Shown piece by piece: positions 1 to 11,435 of a stretch of 64,000 nucleotides of DNA. Location of the stretch: NCBI GenBank assembly GCA_030390025.1, contig CM059432.1, positions 66,342,001 through 66,406,000 of the forward strand, in the 5' to 3' direction. The position numbers were made by a program, and so were the translations under genes. This DNA is from Squalus acanthias (lineage: Eukaryota). Numbering within the stretch: the first letter of the stretch is position 1; each line of letters starts with the position of its first letter. Under the pieces are notes generated by a model, which was given only the letters and a program-made list of their open reading frames with translations, had not been told where the DNA came from and did not search any database.

Positions 1-704
1 CTTTGGCAAGTTGCAGTCACAGCAACCTCCAGTCTGGTTCATTGTAGAACGCGATGCTTCGCAAAAGAATAAAAGATACAGGCACTTACAAAAAAAAAGT
101 TTTAAAAATAACTTACTGTGTGCATGCAGGAGTTGTTCTGGGTGTGGTTTGTTTTGCGGAAGAAGTTACAGAGTTTGTTCTGTTCAACTTTTTTTTGTTG
201 AGTGACTTCAGGGAAAACTTCACAACAAACTTTGTGGATCATGTGACTGAACTCAGTTGTCTGTAAACTCAGCCCCAACGGCTTTCTTTGCATTCTGTAT
301 ATTGTGCTTTTTTTCCCAAACAGCTTTATTTTCAAGACACTTGTCATATCTTAATCATGTGAAATAGATCTATATGTTGTGTATTTATTTTTGTACAGTT
401 TTAAAGTTTCAAACTGACACACATATCCTGCAGGAAACCACATATAGATTTTCTAAAACTTTTTTTCAGCCAAGCGGTTTAAGCGTGCACTTCAGACACA
501 TCGAAGATATCGGCTGCTTTTAGGAGTGAAATTTAGGACGACAAAAAAATCAGAAAGAGTGAGACAAGTTGCAAACCTATTACAACTCCCTCGCCCCCAC
601 CCCCCCCCCCCCACCCCGCCACAATCAAGCATTTTCTTAAACTAAGGTAAGTCCAGAATTTAACTCCAAATATAAGTAAAATCTCACAGGCCTGCCTTAT
701 GTTG

Positions 705-948
705 GGCATAGATTTAAAGTAATTGGTAGAAGGGGAGTTGAGGAGAAATTTTCTCACCCAGAGGGTGGTGGGGGTCTGGAACTCATTGCCTGAAAGTATT
801 TGGATTTGCACTTGAAGTGCTGTAACCTACAAGGCTACGGACTAAGAGCTAGAAAGTGGGATTAGGCTGCAAAACTCTTCTTTGGCTGGCACAGACACGA
901 TGGGCTGAATGGCCTCCTTCTGTGCTGTAAATTTCTATGATTCTATGA
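705..948 (+). mobile_element. CR1 LINE 3' fragment
   Basis: C-terminal CR1 ORF2 remnant (..FLTQRVVGVWNSLP), 3'UTR GGGCTGAATGGCCTCCTTCTGTGCTG and (TTCTATGA)n tail. Confidence 0.85.
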
Positions 949-1426
949 GTCTAGATCACATAAAGTTTGATCATTGTAAAAGTTTTCTATAGTTTTCTTC
1001 TCAGGTATGGAATCCCTGTATTGTTTTGACTGAAACACCCCAACAATAAATATTGCAGCAGACTGCGATGCCAGTTCACTGTTCGTGTTTGAATACCCGT
1101 GGTGACAAACACCGGCATTTTCTGCTTCATTCGGAATTTGCAACGGAAGGAAACTTTCCGACAAGGAAAAGTCAAATCAGAATAAAAATGGCATCATGAT
1201 CATATTTGCATAGCATTATTTGCATAATACCAAGGCAGTTTCTATACTTTACTTGGCAATTTAACATTGGGGTCAAGTACAGAGTGGTGCCGGTGGGAGG
1301 ACTATCTTATATAAGGATACAAATTACTGATGCATACTTCAAGTGAGATGTGTGACTGTTTGGGCTTATTGCGTTCATGGCCAATTCACATTGAATTAGT
1401 GAAAAAGGGAGCATGACCACTTTGTC

Positions 1427-1608
1427 ACAGAGAGTGGTTGAGGCAGAGACCGCAGCTTCTTTCAAGGGAAAATTGTAAAATATTTGAAGCAGAGAAAGAT
1501 AGAGGGCTACAGGGAGAGAGTGGGGTGGTGGGAATAGTTTTGGATCGCTCTAGCACAGATACGATGGGCCGAATGGCACCCTGCACTGCCAACCTCCATG
1601 GTCTTATG
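1427..1608 (+). mobile_element. Degenerate CR1 3' fragment
   Basis: GTGGTTGAGGCAGAG..GATGGGCCGAATGGC 3' end, similar to other CR1 ends in the window. Confidence 0.65.
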
Positions 1609-1649
1609 GGTAATTTTGTGACTTGCCAGCAGGACGCCTCGCACACTAA

Positions 1650-3093
1650 GGGCTGGCTTTTCCCTGAGGAGGCGGGATGGTGGCGGGAGAGCTGGTTGGC
1701 GGGTTCCGGTCCCGCTCCCGTCTGCAGCCGCTCTCTGAAATAGCATTTCTATAGATTGACCTTGTTAAGCCCGCCCTGCGGGGTTCCTGGCCAATTAACA
1801 GGAAGCACGTCTGATGACGTTATTTGATGACGCGTCATCAGCAGGTTTCCTTAAAGGGGCCACGGCCACATTGATTTTGACAGTTTGTGCTGTCAGTGTT
1901 CTGCAGCATTGAGGTGCTGCAAACACTGACAAGCACTGCACAAAGGTGCATGTCTGCACCCAGGCTCACGCATGACTCTCTCCATATGCCATTAGCCACC
2001 CCTCACACTCACCCTCATCCTACTGCAAGTATGCCAACTAACAACACACAAGGGTAGGCACTTGAGAGGTTTAGCCAATGTTCATGTGAAGTTTATGTTA
2101 ATGTGTTGTCATACATTGAAATCTATATTTTCAACACTTCACCTTATTGGACAGATCTGTGCGCACCTTGAGAAGTGTCTTAATGAGTTCCAGTGAATGT
2201 TGAGACATAACTCCCCCCCACCCCCAATTGTGATAAGTGTGAAAGGAATGGCTTGGACATTATAGGGATGCTTTATGGTGCTGGTGTGGGATGGTGTCAG
2301 CCTGGCACACCATGTGGCAGCCAGGGTTTACAGAGTCAAGTGAAGTAAATCTGGCCATGGTGATGCCATCGCTGGCCTCCTGGGCAGTAATGTTGTCAGG
2401 TGCTGATGCTCTGTGTCCTGTGCAGCATCAGGTGATGGCGGGGAGGTTGGTGATGTTGGTGTGCCTGGTGATGCTGGTGTGCCTGGTGATGTTGGTGTGC
2501 CTGGTGATGTTGGTGTTGGGGCTGTTCGTGGAGGGATTCAGAGGAGCAAGGTGTGATTTTTTCAAGGGCACCGATGTTGCTGGAATAGATGGCAGCTGCA
2601 GTAGAGATGACAGAAGCGATCTGTCAATGGTGAGAGAGGTTGTTCCAATGAGGAGCCACTTGGATTTAAACACTTGCAAGCCAAATAAATCTCTGTATGT
2701 CTTACAAATGCAGTAAGCAACAGTTTCTGAGCTCTGAAACTGAACAGCTGCAACATGGTATCCTTTATACCACTTTTGCAGCTGTCAGGATATCAGATAA
2801 ATCAAAGCAGACTCAACTCACACCAGGGTGAGCTGGCATGTTCCCCGAGCAGTGGGTAACCCATGGGGGAGCACGTGAAATTACAAGGTAGGCTCAAAAT
2901 AGCATTAAATTGGCTGTTAACAAGCCATTTAATGATCTAAATTGTCTCCCCCGCCGCTTGGTGTCGGGTCAGTTCTGGGAGACTAGTGTGGAGGCGGGTT
3001 GACAACAGGTTTCCTACCCACTGTCAATCATTGCTATTTTGACAGTGGACCCGCCTCTAAACCCACCCGCTGAGCGCCGGCAAAATCCAGCCC
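1650..3093 (+). mobile_element. Non-autonomous PIF/Harbinger derivative, family A copy 1
   Basis: TIRs GGGCTGGCTTTT / AAAATCCAGCCC with flanks TAA/GAA. Inverted homolog of 4224-5944 and 7307-9442. Start of the Myb exon on +, fused transposase N/C-terminal remnant on -. Confidence 0.8.
2448..2516. repeat. 18-bp tandem repeat (TGGTGATGYTGGTGTGCC) x~4
   Basis: Read directly. Encodes HQHHQA repeats on the minus strand, in the transposase N-terminal remnant. Confidence 0.9.
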
Positions 3094-3426
3094 GAAGCGG
3101 GCACATCGGAAATTCAGGCCTGCACAATTTCTGATAATTGTGGACAAGGCATGACAATGCATGGTCAAATTTCTGACATGCGCTCTCAGTGGGAGGTTTC
3201 CCATCAGGATCACAAATTGGAAAATTACCACTGAATGATCTAATCGGAGCTAGGTCCCCCCATCCCCTGCACTGCCTGAGGGAGTATTCACCCATGGAGC
3301 CCAGCAGACAAGCTTAAAAGGGATCCAGTAGTCATTTAAAGGGCTGTATTCTCTTTTGCAAGACAATGGTTTGTGTTCCCACTTTCCTGGAAAATGGAAG
3401 AATCTTGCCCATGCATGTGCCCATGC

Positions 3427-3600
3427 AGATTCACAGATGCTGTGTTTGAGGTCATGTTGCGTGAAGTGAGGGAAAGGAAGGCTGTTCTCTTTGGCATTGA
3501 AGAGCACCCTCCCCAGAAAAGAATGGTCCAACAAGCCTGGTAGCAGATACCGGACAGGGTGAGTCTTGTCAGCAACACCCAGCATACCTGGTTGCAAAAG
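3427..3600 (+). pseudogene. Ancient Harbinger Myb/SANT-like domain relic
   Basis: By-eye translation RFTDAVFEVMLREVRERKAVLFG..QQAW*QIPDRVS..TWLQ matches the Myb exon-1 pattern of the intact elements. Confidence 0.65.
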
Positions 3601-4223
3601 AGCAGGAATACGGCAGACATCAGGAGCGCTGCTGTGATAAGACCATTCAACAGTTTCCTAAACCAAGGAGCATCTGTGCAGGAAGGTTTGCCTGCACTAT
3701 AATCTGGCATGGAGTGCATGTCACCCTCAGAGTCATCTTCAGTAGAGCCCCCAGTGACAGATCCTAAGTTCAGGCAGAGTACCTCTTGTGAATGTTTAGA
3801 TTGCTGCTATAGAGGAGTTGGCCTCCAATATCAAAGAGGCTCTCTTATTCACCTTCAACATACTTGAGGATCAAATGGAGAAAGCCAAATTGTAAAACAG
3901 GCAGGATCAGCTAGCCACAGCAGTAGTGGATGTGGCTTTATCAGTTGTAGGATTATCTCAGCAACTAGCACAAGGAGTTACACATTCACCAGAATCTCAA
4001 GCAGCTTCCACTGAAACCCGACTACCAGCCAGCACACAAATCTCTTCCACTGGGGAGTCACCGGGTTAGGAACGAGGAGTCACACGCAATACGGCAGCAC
4101 TAAATGAAAGCATTATAGGAAAACACAATGGCCCAAAAATTGCGGTCGGTGGCATAGCTATGGAGTATGCCACCAACCTCCGAAAATAGTTCACACTTAC
4201 CTTGTGCAAAGCCCCAACACGTA

Positions 4224-5944
4224 GGGCTGGATTTTGCGGGGGTCAGCGGGCACAATCGGTGGCAAGTTGGGTGGGAAAGTGTTTTTTTTCCCAGCAGATC
4301 GGGACCCCGCTGCGAACATGCTGCCATGCGCCTTTACCAAATGTCGAGTCAGTCAGGGCTGAACAGACCCGACACGCAGCGGCGGGGGAGGCAATTAAAA
4401 TCATTAGTGGCTTGTTTACAGCCACTTATCAATGGTCTTTTCCCAGCTTTTTGGATTTGACAGGTCGCCCACCAGTTTGCCGCTGTGCCTAGACCTCGTC
4501 TGTGAAGCTGAGGCGGGAGAACACTTGCCATTGAATCAGCTGATGAGTTGACAGCTTCAAATGTCAAATCAAAGCTCCCAGCTGATTGAGAAATGTTCCC
4601 TTAACCATTAGCTTCACTAAGCCACATTTCCACTACAGATTCAGGATACTGCAAGTGCTTACACAAGTCTCCATCTAGTCTGACCTCATTGCCTCTCCCA
4701 CCATTGACAGATCACTTTTGTCATCTCTACTTCACCTGCCATCTATTCCATCAGCATGGGTGCCCTTGAAACTCTCTCACCTTGGTCCTCAGAAGCCCCA
4801 ATACCGGCATCACCAGGCACACCAGCAGCACCAGGGACCAGCAACACCAACAACAACATCAACTTTCTCCACAATCAATTGATGCTGCACAAGACACAGG
4901 GCATCAGCACCCGGCCACATTGCTGCCCAGGACGCCAGGGATGGCCTCAACATGGCCAGATTTACTTCCCTTGATGCTGTACACACTGGCTGCCACATGA
5001 TGCACCAGGTTGGCACCACCCCACACCAACACCATAAAGCATCCTTACAGTGCCCAAGCCATTCCTTTCACACTCATCACCACTTCCAAAGGTGCACACA
5101 AATGTGTCAAGAATGCAAAGTGTTGAAAATAAAGGTTTCAATGTTTGACAACACATTAACAGAAACTTCACATGAACATTGCATAAAACACCCAAGTGCC
5201 TACCCTTGTGTGTTGTTAGTTGGTATGATTGCACTCGGATGAGGGTGAGTGTAAAGGGTGGCTAGTGAGATGGGGATGTGATAATATAGATAGAGAGGGA
5301 TGGGTGGAGGTGCAAGGTAAGTTGGTGTGAGTAAGGTTGTGCAGGAGTAGGGTAGGGAAGGCAGAGTTATGGGGATGTGAAGAGAGGCACAGCAGGATGA
5401 GGTTGAGTGTGGCTTTGTACTAACGTTTCATGATCTACTGAGATCATTGAAATGTTTGCAGCACTGCACCCAGGTCCTCCTGACCACATCCCTGCTTATG
5501 CCCTCCTCTGCAATGTGCAACCAGGCTATGTTGATCTCCAAGGGAGGTCTGTTCCACCCATGGGAAGGGAAGAAGACCTCCCTGCATGCTGTGACTCCCT
5601 CCATAAGCATATGGAGGGAGTCCTGGGAGAGCCTGGGTGCAGCCGTGCACCTCTGTGCAGTGCTTGTCAATGTTTGCAACACCTCAATGCTGTAGAACTC
5701 TGACAGCACAAATGTCAAAGTAAATTTGGCCAAGGTCCCTTTAAGGAAACCGGCTGATGACGCGTCATCAAATGACCTCACCAGACCCGCTTCCTCTAGT
5801 TGGCTGGCAAACGCGCTGCGCGGGCTTAACAAGCCCAGTCTTGGGAAATTCATTTCAGAGGCCTGGATGGAGCCAGCAGCGGGGTTGGGACCCGCCACCA
5901 ACGTAGCCCACCACGGACCCGCCGAGGTTCGTAAAATCCAGCCC
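4224..5944 (-). mobile_element. Non-autonomous PIF/Harbinger derivative, family A copy 2
   Basis: Perfect 12-bp TIR GGGCTGGATTTT and perfect TSD GTA (4221-4223 / 5945-5947). Myb exon 1 on - (APRLSQDSLHMLMEGV..RTWVQCCKHFNDLSRS), transposase N+C remnant on +. Confidence 0.9.
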
Positions 5945-6149
5945 GTAGACTTGCTGTTCAGAACTGCAGAGTTGTGCGCAGCATATTGCATCACTGAGCC
6001 CAGGAGCGCAGCGTACAGCCTATACGTAAGGGAAGACACAAAAGCCCACAAAATCTCTCAAAATAAAGCCATGCCCAGCCCACAGAAACTTCTTTCAGTC
6101 TGTAGCATTGAAATTACCTGTGTTAGTTAAATGTAATTGCATTTTAATG

Positions 6150-6392
6150 TTTATAAAAACTTTTAAAACCTTTTAAAAACTTTTAAAGACTATTAAAAAC
6201 TTTTAAAGATGTTTATTTTAAACACTTTTAGAAACGTTTAAAGACTTGTAAAGACTATTAAAGACTTTTAAAGAGTTTTAAAATAATTTTAAAACTTTTA
6301 GAGACTTTTAAAGACTTTTAAAGACTATTAAAGACTTTTAAAGACTATTAAAGACTTATGAAAACTTTTAAATAATTTTAAAAACTTTTAAT
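6150..6392. repeat. AT-rich ~10-bp tandem repeat (AAGACTTTTA / AAGACTATTA / AAAACTTTTA)n
   Basis: Read directly, more than 20 degenerate units. Confidence 0.9.
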
Positions 6393-7306
6393 TAAACGGC
6401 AAATTGTTCCTTAATATTAAATTTAGATGTAAGTGTTTTAGAGAACATTCACTTACATATTTCTTTGTGACACAGTTACTGAACGCATTCAATGAAAATA
6501 GATAGAGAAGATAGAATTGTTTGCAAAATATGTAGAACTGCACAGCTACCAGAACTGGTACTTGGACTTATTTCATATATCAACATTTTGTTAAAATTAT
6601 GTAACAAAATACCAACATTATGTTGATTTTTGAAATGCAGTATCTGTGTAGAAACCCTTTGTTCTTTATTGAGTTTTGTACACAATCGTGTTTCACAGAC
6701 TATCAACATCTTTACCTTTAAATTTTCTTTATCTGCATTTCCCTGACTTAAATCTTAAAAGTTCCTATATTTTTATTTGAAAAATGAATTCTCAAATTCT
6801 TTTAAACGGAGCATGTATGTAACTTGCACCGCGAGAGTTAGTGAAAACATGTGAATGTACATCATTAATAATGTAAGATTTATCATTAGTGCAAACATTT
6901 TCGCCAACTTTCAAAGTGCACCCGCTGTCAGGAACCACAGCAGAAAATGCCTGCAGGTCTTCCGGGTTCCTTTCACAGTGAAACAGGCTCCTGCGCCTGC
7001 TTTTACTAAACATATCATTTTCATTGGTAATTGCTGGGCAGTTGGTGGGCAATTAGCCCAACTCTGCACCAGCAATTAGTATTTCCCCATCGTTGCAGAT
7101 CATCTGTCAAGGTATACCTTGACAGATCGCAAGTTCGGGATTTAACGCATGCGCAAGCGAAAATCCCGAACTTGCGGTCAATTTCAAAGCGGTATGATGA
7201 CGTACTCTCAGAGTGCATCATCATACCCACCACAAAATCTGCCCCACTAACATCATCAACACATTACACAAAGTAGGTGAATAAATTGGTTGCAATGTTT
7301 GAACTT

Positions 7307-9442
7307 GGGGAGAATTTTTTGGGAGCTCAGCGGGTGCATTCGGTGGCGGGTTGGGTGGGAAAATTTATTTTTCTGACAGTGAGTCGGGAACCCACTGTCA
7401 TCTCACTGCCACACTACTTTCCCAGATGTCGGGTCTGTCAGGGCTGAACAGACCCGATATTCAGTGGCGGGGAAGGCAATTTAGGTCATTATGACCTTGT
7501 TAACAGCCCATTAAACTGTATTTTGAGCTCACCGTACCATTTTATGAGGTCGCCCACGGGGTCCATGCTCCCGGGGATCATGTCAGGTAAGCAGGTCGGG
7601 AGTTGTGTTACCATGAAATGATCTCTTTACTTGACAGCTGCAAATGTGCTATATAAGCTCCCATCTCACAGCTGTTCACTTTCCAAGCTCAGAAGCTGTT
7701 GCTTACTGCATTTGGAAGACAGATTGAGCTTTATGCAGGTTTCAAGTGTTTGAAGCAAACTCTCTATCCAGTGTCATCTCATTGAAACAACCTCTCTCAC
7801 CATTGACAGATGGCTTCTGTCATCGCAACTTCACCTGCCATCTATTACATTAGCATCGGTGTCCTTGAAACTCTCTCAACTTGGGCCTCAGAATCCCACC
7901 ACGATCAGCCCCAACACCAGCAGCACCAGGCACACCAGCAGCACCAACAACAACACCAAACTTCTCCGCAATTAACTGATGCTGCACAGGACACAGGGCA
8001 TCAGCACCCGACCACATTGCTGCCCGGGACGCCAGGGATGGCCTCACCATGGCCAGATTTACTTCACTTGACGTTGTACACCTTGGCTGCCACATGATGT
8101 GCCAGGTTAGCACCACCCCACACCAACACCATAAAGCATCCCTACAATGCCCAAGCCATTCCTTTCATACTCATAACCATTGCGGTGGTTACTGTTATGT
8201 CTCACCATTCACTGCATTCACTAAGCCACTTTCAAAGGTGCACACGAATCTGTCCAAGAACACAAAAGACTGGATTTTGATACTGGGGCGGGTTGGGGTC
8301 GTGTTATCCACTTTTCGTGTTATCCACCCAACTGCAATTGGATGTGGGAGATTGATGCAATTTTGACCTAATTGGGCAATTGAGTTCCAGCATGTTGGAA
8401 CCCATGAACCAATAAGTGTTTTCAGTCTGAAAGTCGCCTCTGATGATGTCATCATTGCTGCTGCATTGAAGGTCTTCAGAGACTGCCTGGCCTTTGCTGT
8501 GAGAGGACCTGGATGCAAAATGAGCAGCAGCAGCCCTAAGTCTGCTCCCAGATATTTTTACACCAGAGAGAGAGAGAGAGACCGCCTTCTCCACGGGTCA
8601 ATGAAAATCCAGCCCAAAGTGTTCAAAATAAATGTTTCAATGTTTGATACCACATTAACAGAAACTTCACATGAACATTGGCTAAAACACACAAGTGCCT
8701 ACCCTTGTGTGTTGTTAGTTGGTATGATTGGACAAGGATGAGGGTGAGTGTGAGGGGTGGCTAGTGAGATGGGGAAATGATAATGTAGATAGAGAGCGAT
8801 GGTGGAGGTGCAAGGTAAGTTGGTGTGTGTAAGGATGTGCAGGAGTAGGGTAGGGAAGGCAGAGTGATGGGGTTGTGATGAGTGGCACAACATGATGAGG
8901 TTGAGTGTGGCTTTGCAGTAACATTTCGTGATCTACTGAGATCATTGAAAGGTTTGCGCCACTGCAGCCTGGTCCTCCTGACGACATCCCTGCTTGTGTC
9001 CTCCTGTGCAATGTGCAACCAGGCTGCGTTGATCTCTTGGGGAGGTCTCTTCCACCCATTGGAAGGGACGAACACCTCCCTGCATGCTGTGACTCCCTCC
9101 ATAAGCATATGGAGGGAGTCATGGGAGAGCCTGGGTGCAGCCCTGCACATCTGTGCAGTGTTTGTCAGTGTTTGCAGCACCTCAATGCTGTAGAACACTG
9201 ACAGCACTACTGTCTAAATTAATTTTTGCATGGTCCCTTTAAGGATATCGGCTGATGACGCGCCATCAAGTGATGTCATCAGACCCGCTTCCATCAATTG
9301 GTTGGCAAATGTGCTGGGCGGGCTTAACCAGCCCAATCAACGTAAAATCCTTCTACACAGCGGGCTGGAGCCAGCAGTGAGGTCGGGACCCGCCACCGAC
9401 CCCGGCCGCACTGGACCCGCCGAGGTAGGGGAAATCACGGCC
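7307..9442 (-). mobile_element. Non-autonomous PIF/Harbinger derivative, family A copy 3
   Basis: Colinear with 4224-5944, with degenerate TIRs. Myb exon 1 in ORF 8761..9207 (APRLSHDSLHML..RKPFNDLSRS). Interrupted by MITE 8267-8615. Confidence 0.85.
8267..8615. mobile_element. Harbinger MITE (family B, short form)
   Basis: TIR AGACTGGATTTT / AAAATCCAGCCC, TSD AAA. The empty site is visible in copy 2 at ~5113-5125. Internally deleted, inverted version of 50257-50969. Confidence 0.9.
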
Positions 9443-10850
9443 TTTATTTCTGTTCATGGAAAATAAGGTAGCAGCACAGAAAAGGATGCTGAGGTCACTT
9501 TTGTTTAAAGTGCTGGGAGCCAATTTCTTTGTGGCCATGGACAGTAGAATTCCTTATAGGGGTAGCTCAGATACCTAGCAGAATCTCTCTTGGATAAAAG
9601 CCTGATGCCACTGGCATGCTTTTCCTATTGTGGAAGTTGTCTGCAGATTGCAATGGCACACATCCACTGTCTTTCTTTTGAAACAAAGCCTGCAAACTAG
9701 TTCTCCTCTGTCACTGTCAGGTAGCTGTGCTTGAGCCTGTAGGCACAGTTGGCAGCATAATGGCAGATGCAACCAGTCCACCTCTGGTGTATCTGACAGC
9801 CCTAAACTGGTCTTCATCCTCTCCCAACCCCAGTTGTATAACTAGCAGCCACACAGGCATGATCGGCCAAATGGGCTTCTTCTGAGCTGTAATTTCTATA
9901 ATTCTGTGGTACCTCTATTAAATCCAGTGCGAGGCAGCACTGAAAACAACCTGCCTAGCTTCCAATTGAATAACAATAAAAAATAAATGAACAATGCAGT
10001 TTTATGGTAAACTCTCGGACTGTGACTAGGTAAAGAATTTCGCATGAGGTGCAGAGAGGGTGATTTTCCCATTCCAGCTCATATAGTTACTGTAGGAATT
10101 TCCAGGATATAAAATTCTTTCGATAAATATATGAAACTTGTAATGTAATCTATTGAGACAATGTATTAAAATCCTTACAAACACATGTCAACTTCTTCCA
10201 TTATAAACATAGGCTGATTCCTTGATCGGAGGAATTAATTTTATTGGATGGAACGTGGGCCCATGATTACCCAACCTTGTCAGGAGCACCAGATCAGTGA
10301 ATCAGTCCTTTAAAAATGATACAAGCATTATAATGTGTTTTGAACATTGAGGAAATCTTCCACTTTGGCACACCTGGTAAAATTCTCCTCCATTGTTCTT
10401 ATTTCGAAAGTTACAAACTCCTCCATATGCACATAATGGCTCTCATCTGAAACACTGTGTTTATGAATGAGTATTTTTGAGTCATTTAATGCTGAAACTG
10501 AAAAAGTTAGGATTTTTTTTTAAGTTTAAAACTTTATTGTATTTATAATTAAGGCTTGCAATTTAATCAATCTGTTTTCAAAGCCCTGAGGAACAATAAT
10601 ACAGCTTTTGTAAACTTACACATCTAATTTGACTGATGCAAAAGAGCTCAAACGTACATCAGCAAATATTTGCAAATATCTGATAACACCAGCTGTGACC
10701 GCCTTCAGTTTCTCTTATTTTTAAATTTCCATCTCTTCAAATATTTATTTGTTCAGTTTCGATTTAGGTCATTGGCTTTCTTGAAGTATTGTTCTCATAG
10801 ACTTTGTTCTGTCTGAAAACAGACTGGGAACTGCAGGTAGTTGTTCAGTT

Positions 10851-11196
10851 TTCTGAGAACGTTCTGCAGCTTTACATTATTTTATTCTACTGCTGTCCTA
10901 TGAGTCAGTAAAAAAGGAAGCAGCAGACCTCTTTGAGAGGAAGTGGTGAAAGGGGGGGTGATAACACTGTTGGGTTAATTGGAAAACCTCATTGCCTGCA
11001 GCAGGTACAACAGCCTATAAAGTTTGCTCTAGCTTGACAAAGCAACTTAGTTTAAGATTTGTAGAACGTGATTATTGTTTTTTTAAAAAGTGATCATAAA
11101 CTTAATAATTCAAACATATAAATTAACTTGACCCCGGAAAGGGGAAGACATTTCTCTGTTTCTAATTGTTCCAGGGTTTGAAACAGAAATGAAACT
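10851..11196 (+). promoter_or_regulatory. Candidate inducible enhancer/promoter motif cluster
   Basis: GAS TTCTGAGAA 10851, AP-1 TGAGTCA 10901, ETS AGGAAG 10915 and GAGGAAGT 10937, GATA TGATAA 10959, NFAT TGGAAAA 10980, TATAAA 11016, IRF-like GAAACAGAAATGAAACT 11180. Motif matches only. Confidence 0.35.
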
Positions 11197-11435
11197 TTGC
11201 CAAAGTTAAATTTTTTTCAACTTCCTTTTTCGCTCAATAACTTCAACAGTAATTTCTGAAAGTGCAGCAAAATTTTGACCTAGTTTCATAATCACCAACC
11301 TTTATTGTTATGCATTTATTAATTGGACATTTGTGATCAAGGTGGCTCCAATATCCTTTGCATTGATATTAAGGGTGAGATTTTCCTGGGTCTACACTAA
11401 GGCATACTGGCTCATATGGCCCTAGCAAATACCAG

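Larger units (their letters stand above)
4130..7245. mobile_element. Non-coding Harbinger-like TIR element hosting a nested family A copy
   Basis: Left end GGCCCAAAAATTGCGGTC, right end ACCACAAAATCTGCCCC, flanks AAT/ACT. Subterminal hairpin 7125-7180 is shared with MITE 56037-56829. Confidence 0.55.

Noticed and set aside
102..347. Minus-strand ORF with donor-like GTAAGT
   Set aside because: No recognisable protein and no partner exons found.
2291..2716. Hydrophobic (LVMLVC)n 'membrane protein' ORF
   Set aside because: Antisense reading of the 18-bp repeat in a Harbinger remnant.
6150..6392. CRISPR-like array
   Set aside because: No unique spacers, no cas genes, vertebrate context.
9575..9817. 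Cys-rich ORF suggesting a zinc finger
   Set aside because: No consistent motif spacing or splice support, likely chance or an unrecognised old repeat.
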